From a virus (Duplodnaviria; Caudoviricetes), in IMG/VR virus record IMGVR_UViG_3300032155_000031, positions 1-36,350 of that record: a stretch of 36,350 nt of DNA, one strand, 5' to 3'. The notes below the pieces were generated by a model. That model was not told where the DNA came from and ran no database searches. It worked only from the letters and a program-made list of their open reading frames with translations. Position numbers and translations under genes: made by a program. The first letter of the stretch is position 1. Each line of letters starts with the position of its first letter. Below are positions 1 through 8,799 of the stretch, one piece after another.

Positions 1-351
1 GTTGTCGCTGTTGCTGAACGTGGACAGCCCGGCCCCGACGATGGAATTGGAGATGCTCTTCGAGCCGAGCGTGTATTCGATGAAGAAGTCGGCGTTCTTG
101 GCGCAGGAGTTCCTGCCGACGTAGAACCCGCTGGTGTCCCACTCGAACTGGCCGTCATCCCCGGCCATTTGGATGTACGACTTGTAGTACGCATCCATGC
201 CGTTGACCCGCAGATAGAACCTCCGGTCCCCACCGGCCGAGGTCAACTCCCCGGAGCCGTAGATTTTGATGTAATCCGCCCCCGCCGCGTCGAACGAGCA
301 CAGGATCGGGCCCTCGCTCTTCACCAGGTCGAACTGCTTGATCAGTTGCAT
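1..351 (-). CDS. Host hypothetical protein, runs off the window edge (MQLIKQFDLVKSEGPILCSF...)
   Basis: Not in the ORF track. ATG at 351 preceded by a GGAGG RBS; frame open to position 1 with strong GC3 bias. Confidence 0.75.
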   Translation of the reverse strand, partial: MQLIKQFDLVKSEGPILCSFDAAGADYIKIYGSGELTSAGGDRRFYLRVNGMDAYYKSYIQMAGDDGQFEWDTSGFYVGRNSCAKNADFFIEYTLGSKSISNSIVGAGLSTFSNSDN

Positions 352-789
352 ATGGCCTCCCCACATGAACGGTTGAAGGATATGCGCAAAAGAAGGCGAC
401 CTCGACAAACCACGACCGTTTCCGGCACGATGGCGAGCGCCCTCACCCTCCGCTTTGCCTCTTCCCGTGCTCCTGTCCGCGTGGTCCGCCTCCAGGAAAT
501 CGCGCACCACGCGTCCTAAATATTATTCTATTTATAGAATAAGATGTATATTGCATGACCAGTCTACGCGAATAATTTCTACATGGCATTATTTTTTATA
601 GCAAATGGAAAATAATATACTCTCTCCGCACCTCATCAACCGACAGCCGCCGCCTCCCCCCTCCCGGCCCCGCTCGACGCGGCAGGCCCGATTCCTGCGA
701 AGCCCTGTCCGGCATCCCGGCGCGCCGTCTTGTCCGGCGGAATCCGATGAGGTACAGACTGACATCCAGTTCATCCCAGGACGCCCGCC

Positions 790-1308
790 ATGATCCAGCC
801 CGCCGCCGACTGTTCCCGCATCAAGGAGTTCATCAACAGCCGCGACCTCTACGCCGTGCACAACGGCATCTCGGTCAGCGAGATCGGGCCGGGCTACGCC
901 ACGGCCCAAATGACCATGGCCGACCACATGCGCAACGGCCTGGGCATGCTGCACGGCGGGGCCCTCTTCGGCTTGGCGGACGTGGCCTTCGCCGCGGCCT
1001 CCAACTCGCACGGCACCATGGCCGTGGGCATCTCCGCCTCCATGACCTTTGTGAAAGCGGCCACGGGCGGCATGATCACGGCCGAGGCGCGAGAGACCTC
1101 GCTCGGCCCCAAGATCGCCACCTACGCCATCACGGTCACGGACGAGGCGGGCGAAACCCTGGCCACCTTCCAGGGCATGGTCTACCGCAAGAAGGACCGC
1201 ATCGAGCTGCCTCCTGTTTTACGGCACCTGCTTTTATCACTAGAGAGAGGCGGGACTATCCGGGAAAGAACTAGACGTGGTGGGACGTCCGGGGCTTTTT
1301 GCTCGTGA
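790..1308 (+). CDS. paaI: PaaI-family hotdog-fold thioesterase (host); its 3' end reads through into the prophage left end
   Basis: NGLGMLHGGALFGLADVAFAAASNS motif and FQGMVYRK C-terminal strand. After ~1214 the codon bias collapses and the peptide is unrelated. Confidence 0.85.
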   Translation: MIQPAADCSRIKEFINSRDLYAVHNGISVSEIGPGYATAQMTMADHMRNGLGMLHGGALFGLADVAFAAASNSHGTMAVGISASMTFVKAATGGMITAEARETSLGPKIATYAITVTDEAGETLATFQGMVYRKKDRIELPPVLRHLLLSLERGGTIRERTRRGGTSGAFCS

Positions 1309-1367
1309 GTGCCGCTTTTATCACCCCTGCGCCATTTTAGCCCTCTTGCGACAGCTGCTTTTATCAC
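1215..1367 (+). repeat. Prophage left end (attL) with three transposase-binding direct repeats CYGCTTTTATCAC
   Basis: Copies at 1228-1240, 1312-1324 and 1355-1367. The 84-bp spacing of the first two resembles the Mu L1-L2 arrangement; terminal TG at 1215. Confidence 0.8.
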
Positions 1368-1846
1368 CACAATAAAGCCTTCGCATGGGCTATCTACTTA
1401 AATTTGCTGCTCATCACGGAAGCACATTGATTTTGCGCTGAGAAAGAATGGTAGCCGAAGTTTTGCGTGAAGTTTTGCATCGCTTGAACATGTTAATTGT
1501 GTAAGATTATTCATTAAATTAAAATTTTCAAAAATTCAAACTTTAACACCCAAAGGCTGAGTGTAGCTGGAACTGCGAAATGAAGTACGAAACGAAGAAA
1601 TTGAATAAGGCAAAGAAATTATTATATAAATTTATTTTTGAAGAAAATAAACTCCGAAGTTGTCTTCGCACGTTACCGTCATCTTAATTCATAGCAGGCT
1701 TGCTCGCATTGATACTGCGAGCAACGTCTTCCTGGCTCATGGCCACGCTAACCTGACGAATGCGCGCTCCGATGCTCACAGTGCTTCCGAGTTTTGCGTC
1801 CGAAGTCGGAAGTTAAGTCGGAAGTCATTTTACCGCTCCAGCAGCC

Positions 1847-2518
1847 CTATCTCAGTTCTCTTCCCACCCAGATCACGTGTCCGATGATCCTAACGCCGTC
1901 GCTCAGGTCGCCCCTGGCGTCGACTTCAATCGGCGGGTAGGCTGGGTTGTAGCTCTTTAGCAGCAACTTCCCCGGCAGCGTGTCTATCATCTTAAGATAG
2001 ACGAGATCCTCGACTCCCACGGCAAAGACTCGACCTGGCACGGGCTGCTTCTGGCTCTGATCGATCAAGACTACATCGCCATCTTTGATCTCCGGATCCA
2101 TGCTGTCGCCAGCGACGTGCATGAGTACCATCTTGCTCGGGTGTCCCCTGCTATTCAGGAAGTCGGATCTAAAGGCATACCTGCGCTCTACTTCCGCACT
2201 GGTCTCGAAACTTCCCGTCCCCGCCGCCAGGCGCGCCTTGACCATGGGCACATAGATCAAGTCCACATCGCAAACGGCCTCGGCGGCTGGAGCCGCAAGC
2301 GTCACGCCTGCCTTCATTTGTCCTTTGCCGGTCAGCAGCCAGTCGATGCTCACATTATAATGCTTGGAGACGGCGAGTAAAAACGCTGCCCCAGGTAGTT
2401 GGTCTCCGCGCTCGTAGTGCCCGATTGCGCTTTGACTAACTCCGAGCTTTTGCGCGGTCGCCATCTGGCTTGCTTCTCCCCGGAGCTCTCTTAGCCGTGA
2501 TCCTAACCCGGTGTCCAA
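1847..2518 (-). CDS. CI-like prophage repressor (XRE HTH + S24 peptidase)
   Basis: SQMATAQKLGVSQSAIGHYERG HTH, VAGDSMDP catalytic Ser motif, LVYLKMI Lys. TTG start after GAGGAG. Confidence 0.92.
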   Translation of the reverse strand: MDTGLGSRLRELRGEASQMATAQKLGVSQSAIGHYERGDQLPGAAFLLAVSKHYNVSIDWLLTGKGQMKAGVTLAAPAAEAVCDVDLIYVPMVKARLAAGTGSFETSAEVERRYAFRSDFLNSRGHPSKMVLMHVAGDSMDPEIKDGDVVLIDQSQKQPVPGRVFAVGVEDLVYLKMIDTLPGKLLLKSYNPAYPPIEVDARGDLSDGVRIIGHVIWVGRELR

Positions 2519-2786
2519 GTAAACTCCTCAAAGTTTGACAGAAAGTTTGACAGCGCGAGTTGCGTGCATCCTGCTGGCATTATTACAATAGTAGCCAAAT
2601 TCAGTTTTAATAAACTTTGACACTCTTTTTATGGTTGACCACTAGCCCAATTGTGCTTAAACATGGGCCTCGGACGGTTCGTGTCCATAGCTCAACTCGA
2701 ACACTAGCCGTCCGGCTTATCGGGGTCAACGTCCGACCAAGGGTCACGTTTCGACGCCGACCCTGCAAACCGATGGACGGCAAAGC
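2519..2786. promoter_or_regulatory. Divergent repressor/early-operon control region (operators, possible transposition enhancer)
   Basis: Tandem AAAGTTTGACAG x2 (2530-2553), AT-rich core, inverted AAACTTT near 2612, TTGACA/TTGACC hexamers at 2617 and 2635. Confidence 0.6.
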
Positions 2787-3209
2787 ATGCAGCAGCTCTC
2801 CCTCTTCAACGACGACAGCGCCCTGGCGGGCATGATGCCAGCGATCCGAGCGGCCATGAATAGGGCCGCCGGCGAGAGTATCGAGGGGCGCAAACTGCTC
2901 GTGGACAAGATCAACTCCATCGCTTCCGCTGCGGGTATCAGGCTCACGGCTGGAAACGCCAAGACCATCTCGAAGGATACCCTCGACAAGTGGCTGTCTC
3001 CGACTGACCGAGACCACACGCCGTCCTTGCAGGCGGTGGCCGTTTTTGTGCGAGCCACGGGCGACATCTCCCCGCTGCGGGCCTACCTGCAGGTGCTGGG
3101 CCTGGACGTGATGACCGATGATGATAGGCGCGGCCTCGACTATGGCCGCGCCTGTCTTGCTGAACGAGACGCGCGCAAGCGCAAGCGCATACTGGAGGGA
3201 GCGCTATGA
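2787..3209 (+). CDS. Early phage regulatory protein (CII-like DNA-binding protein)
   Basis: First gene of the early operon; TISKDTLDKWLSP HTH-like segment; ATGA overlap with the next gene. Confidence 0.65.
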   Translation: MQQLSLFNDDSALAGMMPAIRAAMNRAAGESIEGRKLLVDKINSIASAAGIRLTAGNAKTISKDTLDKWLSPTDRDHTPSLQAVAVFVRATGDISPLRAYLQVLGLDVMTDDDRRGLDYGRACLAERDARKRKRILEGAL

Positions 3210-3481
3210 ATGAAGATTGTAAGATGACTAGCCGCGAATGCGGCGTGGCCAGGCACCGGATGCGGTTCCGCGTGAGGGAACATCTGGACCGCAAGGGGGT
3301 TTCCCTTGCCGAGGTGGGCCGCCGCATAGGCGTGACCGCCGAAGCCGTTGGCCGAACGTTGCACGGGTACAACCACAGCCCTCGCGTGTTGAACGCCCTG
3401 CGCGAGCTGGGCGTGCCGGAGAAGTATCTTTACGACCCCAAACGCCAGATGTCCCAGGAATCCGGAGCAAAGGTGGCGTGA
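3206..3481 (+). CDS. Ner/Cro-like HTH DNA-binding protein
   Basis: SLAEVGRRIGVTAEAVGRTLHG HTH; lies immediately before the transposase, as ner does in Mu. Confidence 0.75.
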   Translation: MNEDCKMTSRECGVARHRMRFRVREHLDRKGVSLAEVGRRIGVTAEAVGRTLHGYNHSPRVLNALRELGVPEKYLYDPKRQMSQESGAKVA

Positions 3482-5553
3482 TGGCCACGCTCAAGGGGGC
3501 ATATACTTCTCTGGAACTGGCGGGGTTATTCCGCCGTCCAGTAAAGGCCATCCACAGGATGGCCCAACGTGAGTCTTGGGCGTCCCGTCCCCGCCCTGGC
3601 CGTGGCGGCGGCAGCGAATGGCTGGTGTCCTCTATGCCGGAAACGACGCGTCAGCAGATCCTGGAGCGCGTCCTGGCCGATGAGGCCCCAGTCGAGGCCC
3701 CGCCGGCAGTGTGCGCCCCGGTCCCGGCGGCGACCGCAGCCGCGCCGCAGCTCAAGGGCTGGCAGCGCGACGTGCGCGACGCCAGACTGGCCATTCTCCA
3801 CCTGGTGCAAAGCCTTGCTGAAAGCGCCGGGGGGCAGCTGGCAGCCGAGCGCCTGTTCGCGTCCAAGGCCGCCAAGGGCGAGCTGAGCCAGCAGGTCATG
3901 GACATGGTGCGAGTCGCTCACACCCGGAAGAACGACAGCCGCGCGATCTCCGCGATCACTCTGCGCGTGTGGCGCAGCACGCTGAGGCGCGAAGGGCCGG
4001 ACGCTCTCGCGCCGAAGCCCACCGCGACCGGGCGCGCAGGCTATCCGGAATGGCTCGGCTCCTTCCTGCGCATCTGGCGTCGCCCGACGAAGCCTTCAGT
4101 CTCCTCGGCCTACGAAGAAATTTCCAAGGATGCGGAGCTCCGATTGCCCTCTCTGCGCAGCGTGGAACGCGAAATTCGCCGTCTTGGCGTCGTCACTGCC
4201 AGCAGGGGCCGCATGGGGCCCCGCGAGCTGCGCAACCTGCAGGCATACGTGAAACGCACCTTCGACGACCTGGAGCCCGGCGACGTGTACAGCGCGGACG
4301 GGCACAAGGCGGACATCGAGGTGCAGCATCCGGAACACGGCCAGGCGTGCCGCCCCGAGATCATCACGGTGGTGGACATCGCCACGCGCCGCGTCGTGGG
4401 CTGGAGCGCCGAGCTGTTCGAGTCGAGCTGGCTTGTGGCCGACGCGCTGCGGCACGCGGTCGAGTTCGCGGGAACGCCCGCGATCTTCTACGTGGACAAC
4501 GGCTGCGGCTTCAAAAACGACTTTTTGACGGGGCCTGGGCTGGGCATGTGCACCCGGCTGGGCATCACGCCGCAGCATTCCATCCCCTACCGTTCCCAGG
4601 CCAGGGGCGTGATCGAGCGCCTGCAGGCGACGCTGTGGGTGCGCGCGGCCAAGCGCCTTCCCGCCTACATGGGCGCGGACATGGACAAGGAAGCCAAGCA
4701 GATCGTCTTCAAGAACAGCCGCAAGGAGCTGGCCGCAAAGGGCGTCTCCAAGTTCCTGATGCCCTGGGACCGCTTCCTGACCTGGGCGCGGGAGCAGGTG
4801 GACGCCTACAACGCCCGTCCGCATTCATCACTGCCGGTCATCAACGATCCCGAGACGGGCAAGAAGCGCCACCAGAGCCCGGACGAGCGCTGGCTCGAAC
4901 TGGTGGCGGCTGGGACCGTGGTGGTGATGCCGTCCGCCGAGGAGATCGCGGACGTGTTCCGCCCCTACGTCGTGCGGACGGCAGGGCGTTGCCTCGTGAA
5001 GCTGTTCAAGAAGACCTACTACAGCCGCGAACTGGACATCTACCACGGTCGCGACGTGCAGGTCGGGTACGACATCCACGACCCGAGCCGCGTCTGGATC
5101 CGCGATCTCGACGGTCGCCTGGTCTGCACAGCCGAGCTCGACGGCCATGCCGCGCCGTACTTCCCCAAGTCGGTCATCGAGGAGGCCAAGGAACGCCGCG
5201 CCAAGCAGCAGCTCCAGCGTCTGGAGCGCAAGGAGAGCCAGGTTCTGGCGGCGCTGGGGAACTCCCAGGCCGAACCTGCCGCCGTGGCCGAGCCCATTCC
5301 TGTCGCTCTGGAGGAAAAGCGGGAGCAGCTCGCGCGCGAGATGGAAGCGAGCCGTTTGGCCGCGGCGCAGCCCAAGCGCGACCCCAAGCAGGAGCGTTTC
5401 CTGCGGGCGCTTAGCATCGAGAAGCGTCTTGAGGAAGGGGCGGCGGTGGACGCCGAGGAGACGCGCTGGCTCGCGGGCTACCGGGAGACCTCGGAATACC
5501 GCTCACAGCGCATGATCTACCAAGATTTCGGCCTCGCGGCGTTCGGGGGATGA
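3481..5553 (+). CDS. MuA-like DDE transposase (690 aa from ATG 3481)
   Basis: N-terminal Mu HTH (RPGRGGGSEW); catalytic SADGH / YVDNG / GVIER; YNARPHSSL; Mu C-terminal domain (VGYDIHDPSRVWI). Confidence 0.95.
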   Translation: MATLKGAYTSLELAGLFRRPVKAIHRMAQRESWASRPRPGRGGGSEWLVSSMPETTRQQILERVLADEAPVEAPPAVCAPVPAATAAAPQLKGWQRDVRDARLAILHLVQSLAESAGGQLAAERLFASKAAKGELSQQVMDMVRVAHTRKNDSRAISAITLRVWRSTLRREGPDALAPKPTATGRAGYPEWLGSFLRIWRRPTKPSVSSAYEEISKDAELRLPSLRSVEREIRRLGVVTASRGRMGPRELRNLQAYVKRTFDDLEPGDVYSADGHKADIEVQHPEHGQACRPEIITVVDIATRRVVGWSAELFESSWLVADALRHAVEFAGTPAIFYVDNGCGFKNDFLTGPGLGMCTRLGITPQHSIPYRSQARGVIERLQATLWVRAAKRLPAYMGADMDKEAKQIVFKNSRKELAAKGVSKFLMPWDRFLTWAREQVDAYNARPHSSLPVINDPETGKKRHQSPDERWLELVAAGTVVVMPSAEEIADVFRPYVVRTAGRCLVKLFKKTYYSRELDIYHGRDVQVGYDIHDPSRVWIRDLDGRLVCTAELDGHAAPYFPKSVIEEAKERRAKQQLQRLERKESQVLAALGNSQAEPAAVAEPIPVALEEKREQLAREMEASRLAAAQPKRDPKQERFLRALSIEKRLEEGAAVDAEETRWLAGYRETSEYRSQRMIYQDFGLAAFGG

Positions 5554-5569
5554 ACGCCGGAGGCCATTT
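5528..5569 (+). repeat. 42-bp hairpin-forming direct repeat, copy 1 (contains the MuA stop codon)
   Basis: TCGGCCTCGCGGCGTTCGGGGGATGAACGCCGGAGGCCATTT, identical to 5997-6038. Confidence 0.95.
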
Positions 5570-5598
5570 GGGGAAGGCACAACCAAAGGAGAAGGGCG

Positions 5599-5994
5599 AT
5601 GAAAATGATTAAGAATCCGAATCCAGAGAAGATTTCAAGACGCATCGGCGGTGCTGCAAGAATGAAGGATTCCGGTGTGGTGGCCATTATGTTCGAGATA
5701 GACATAACGCCGCGCGAAGTCCACGAGACCAGCCTGGAGGCGTTTCCTTGCGGGAACGCGAGGTACTTCATTGAAGGGGCGTACACAAGCGGCAAGATAC
5801 TTGACGAAAAGCTTCTCTGCTTCCTGCCAGAGCATGGCTCAACTGGCTACTTCATGGCGCTTATTCCCATCGCGGCCATGCATAACGTCGTCGTCTCTTA
5901 CAATGAACGGCCCAGTCTCAGCCTTCTGCGGTTCTACGGTCGCATGCGTCGAAAGATGCGCAAATTCGTGAGGCACCATGAGGTGGCGGCATAA
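5599..5994 (+). CDS. Hypothetical protein, lower-GC insert between MuA and MuB
   Basis: AAGGAG RBS; ORF fills the interval between the two 42-bp repeats; atypical codon usage. Confidence 0.7.
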   Translation: MKMIKNPNPEKISRRIGGAARMKDSGVVAIMFEIDITPREVHETSLEAFPCGNARYFIEGAYTSGKILDEKLLCFLPEHGSTGYFMALIPIAAMHNVVVSYNERPSLSLLRFYGRMRRKMRKFVRHHEVAA

Positions 5995-5996
5995 AA

Positions 5997-6038
5997 TCGG
6001 CCTCGCGGCGTTCGGGGGATGAACGCCGGAGGCCATTT
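5997..6038 (+). repeat. 42-bp hairpin-forming direct repeat, copy 2
   Basis: Identical to 5528-5569. Confidence 0.95.
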
Positions 6039-6062
6039 CAGGAAACAGGCAACGGAGGAATC

Positions 6063-6806
6063 ATGACGACAGGCAACGGCAAAGTCAACGGGGGCACGAT
6101 CGCCCCCCTGCGGAACGTGGCCGCGTTCAACGAGTTGGTGGACCGGACCATCAAGCGGCCCGCGCATCTGCCCGGCATGGCGACGTTCCACGGCTTCAGC
6201 GGCTTCGGCAAGACCTGGGCGGCTATCTACGCCACGAACCGGCATGGCTGCCGCTACGTGGAGATGGGGCAGTCCTGGACGCAGCGCAAGCTGTGCAGCG
6301 CGATCCTGGCCGAGCTGGGCATGGTGGCGCGCGGCACGATCGCGGACATGGTGGACAACATCGTGGACGCCCTGGCCACGGACGAGCGACCGCTGATCAT
6401 CGACGAGGCCGATCACCTGGTCACGCGCGGCATGGTCGAGCTGGTGCGCGAGATCCACGACAAGAGCGACGTTCCGGTGGTGTTGATCGGCGAGGAGCTG
6501 CTGCCCGCGAAGCTGTCCAAGTTCGAGCGCATCCACAACCGGATGCTGGACTGGCTCCCGGCGCAGCCCGCGGACCTTTCCGACGTGCGGCACTTGGCGC
6601 AGCTCTATGCGCCCGAGGTGCTGATCGATGACGATCTGCTGCAGCGCATCGCGGACGCGGCCCAGGGCCGGATCCGGCGCATCTGCGTGAACCTGGAGCG
6701 CGTGCGTGAGCGGGCGCGGGTGCTGGGCGCGGCGCGCATCGACATGGCGCTGTGGGGCGACGAGGCGTTCTTCAGCGGGCAGCCGCCCGTCAGGAGGGCT
6801 GTTTAG
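6063..6806 (+). CDS. MuB-like AAA+ transposition ATPase
   Basis: Walker A GFSGFGKT, Walker B LIIDEAD, VVLIGEE; GGAGG RBS. Confidence 0.93.
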   Translation: MTTGNGKVNGGTIAPLRNVAAFNELVDRTIKRPAHLPGMATFHGFSGFGKTWAAIYATNRHGCRYVEMGQSWTQRKLCSAILAELGMVARGTIADMVDNIVDALATDERPLIIDEADHLVTRGMVELVREIHDKSDVPVVLIGEELLPAKLSKFERIHNRMLDWLPAQPADLSDVRHLAQLYAPEVLIDDDLLQRIADAAQGRIRRICVNLERVRERARVLGAARIDMALWGDEAFFSGQPPVRRAV

Positions 6807-6808
6807 CC

Positions 6809-7381
6809 ATGCGCAAGGCGCACAACGGACTTGAGCGGTACTGGCGCCGGATCATGGCGTTCGCCCCGGCGACGTTCACCGTGCGCGACGTCTGCGGAAG
6901 CCGGTCCGAGTTCAGGGAAGCGAGCCGCTACATGCGCCGCCTTGAGAAAGGAGGCTATGTGAGGCTCGCGGGACGGGACGGCGGAGCCAACCTTTGGGCT
7001 CTGGAGCGTCCGAGCCGCGAGGCTCCCCGGCTGGGAGACGACGGGAAGCCCGTCCTGATGGGGCAGGGCTACGCCCACATGTGGAACGCGATGCGGATGC
7101 TCAAGGGCTGGTGGCGGACGGACGAACTGGCCGGGGTGGCGAGCACTTCCGAGGTGCCTGTCCCGGCCAGCACGGCCATCTACTACGTGAAGCATCTTCG
7201 TCTGGCCGGGTACCTGGACAGCAAGAGGGATTCCGCGACCAGGCGGGCCATGTTCAAGCTGCGTCCCACGCACAACACCGGTCCGAAGGCTCCGCAGATC
7301 CTGAGGAGTCCGCGCCGGGTCTTCGACCCCAACAGGGGACGGATCCTGGACGCGAGGGAGGCCGCCGATGCGCGCGATTGA
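6809..7381 (+). CDS. Conserved transposable-phage early protein (tandem winged-helix-like)
   Basis: ATG 3 nt after the MuB stop; YVKHLRLAGYL and TGPKAPQI...VFDPN motifs typical of the gene following MuB. Confidence 0.7.
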   Translation: MRKAHNGLERYWRRIMAFAPATFTVRDVCGSRSEFREASRYMRRLEKGGYVRLAGRDGGANLWALERPSREAPRLGDDGKPVLMGQGYAHMWNAMRMLKGWWRTDELAGVASTSEVPVPASTAIYYVKHLRLAGYLDSKRDSATRRAMFKLRPTHNTGPKAPQILRSPRRVFDPNRGRILDAREAADARD

Positions 7382-7733
7382 GATCGTCCGGGAGAAGTGG
7401 GGGCAGCTGCTGCCCGATTGGCTCCAGGCGCTGGCGGAGGCGTGCGACGCCACCAGCCAGAGGAAGGTGGCCAAGCTGCTGGGCTACAGCGCCACGACCA
7501 TCAACCAAGTCATCAACAACGGCTATGGCTCCGGGCTTCGGGAGATCGAGGCCACGGTGCGGGCGAAGCTGCTTACGCAGGACGTGGAATGTCCGGTGCT
7601 GGGCACGATCAGCAGCGACCGCTGCCTGGACGAGCAGCGCCGTCCGTTCGCGGCCACCTCGGGCCTTCGGGTCCGGCTGTGGCGCACGTGCAAGGTCTGT
7701 CAACGCAACGTCTCAAAGGAGGCCGCGTCATGA
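7368..7733 (+). CDS. HTH protein with Cys-containing C-terminus
   Basis: SQRKVAKLLGYSATTINQV HTH; CPVLG...C...CKVC. Confidence 0.75.
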   Translation: MRAIEIVREKWGQLLPDWLQALAEACDATSQRKVAKLLGYSATTINQVINNGYGSGLREIEATVRAKLLTQDVECPVLGTISSDRCLDEQRRPFAATSGLRVRLWRTCKVCQRNVSKEAAS

Positions 7734-7924
7734 TCCATGGCAAGTACATGTCGGCGCTCACCGAGCTTCGCGCCCTGGCCGGAGAGGTTCCGGCCGACGT
7801 CTGGGAGCGGATCCGTCCGGTCGTCGCCCAGCTTTCCGGCCTTGAGCCCCTGGTCAAGAACCTTGAAACGGCCACGGTGATCGTGGTCGCGCCGGTGCCC
7901 GAGAAGCGCCTGGCGCTGCAGTAG
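7730..7924 (+). CDS. Hypothetical protein (MIHGKYMSALTEL...)
   Basis: AAGGAGG RBS and ATGA coupling. Confidence 0.65.
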   Translation: MIHGKYMSALTELRALAGEVPADVWERIRPVVAQLSGLEPLVKNLETATVIVVAPVPEKRLALQ

Positions 7925-7934
7925 GAGGAAAGAG

Positions 7935-8447
7935 ATGGCGAGAATCAAGCCTCAGGCGGTGGTGATCGCGGATCTGAAGGCGGCCGAGCAGGCGCTGTCG
8001 GAGATCGCGATGATCGACCGGAACATCAAGGGCATCGAGTCGAACCTCAACGAGGTGATCGACCGGGCCAAGGCGGGCGCGAAGCTCAAGACCGAGCCTC
8101 TGGGGATCCGGCGCAAGGAGCTGGAGACGGCTCTGGCGCAGTTCGCCGAGCACAACAAGGCCGAGCTGTTCCAGAAGCGCAAGAGCGTGGAGCTGGCCTT
8201 CGGCACGATCGGCTTCCGGCTGACCACGAGCATCAAGACGGCGGCGAAGACGACCTGGGCGATGATCCTTGAGAAGGTCCGCGATTACGGCTTTTCCGAG
8301 GCGATCCGCACCAAGGAGGAAGTGGACAAGGAAGTGCTGCGCGGCTGGAGCGACGAGAAGCTGGCCACCGTGGGCGCGCGCCGGGACACCAAGGACGAGT
8401 TCTACATCGAGATCAAGGCCGAGGAACTGGAGAAGGACGCGGCATAA
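7935..8447 (+). CDS. gam: Mu Gam host-nuclease inhibitor
   Basis: Coiled N-terminus, RKSVELAFGTIGFR, IRTKEEVDKE, FYIE motifs. Confidence 0.92.
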   Translation: MARIKPQAVVIADLKAAEQALSEIAMIDRNIKGIESNLNEVIDRAKAGAKLKTEPLGIRRKELETALAQFAEHNKAELFQKRKSVELAFGTIGFRLTTSIKTAAKTTWAMILEKVRDYGFSEAIRTKEEVDKEVLRGWSDEKLATVGARRDTKDEFYIEIKAEELEKDAA

Positions 8448-8785
8448 TGAGAACCCCACGCGAACGCCTGAAGGCCGCGCTGGTGGCCCTGGATGAACTC
8501 GACGCTGCGAATGGCCCGAAGCCCACCAAGTTGAAGGGTGTGCTGGAAGCGTTGCACCGCGCGTCCCAGGACATGGACGACGAGGGATGGCGGGAGCCCG
8601 GGCAGCCTCCCCGCATCCGGCGCGAGGCCCTGCAGGATGCCGAGCGGCAGGCGCTTGCGCACCGCTCCCTGGCCATCCGGATGGGCGGCCTGGTCAGGGA
8701 GATTGCGGCCTCTGGCTCGCTGCCCGAGGCCCTGAAGGACAAGGCGAATGAACTCCTCCGGCGCGTCGAGGCGCTGGAGGCATGA
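8447..8785 (+). CDS. Hypothetical protein
   Basis: TAATG coupling to gam; host-like codon bias. Confidence 0.65.
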   Translation: MRTPRERLKAALVALDELDAANGPKPTKLKGVLEALHRASQDMDDEGWREPGQPPRIRREALQDAERQALAHRSLAIRMGGLVREIAASGSLPEALKDKANELLRRVEALEA

Positions 8786-8799
8786 AAAGGAGAGAGCAG

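Noticed and set aside
1580-1687. 35-codon Lys-rich ORF in the AT-rich left-end region
   Set aside because: No convincing RBS or motif; more likely regulatory DNA.
3238-3480. ORF-track N-terminal extension of MuA
   Set aside because: It overlaps the Ner-like gene; the Mu HTH begins at ATG 3481, coupled to the upstream stop.
3969-5414. 481-aa alternative-frame ORF inside MuA
   Set aside because: Arg/Gly/Ala-rich off-frame read typical of high-GC DNA.
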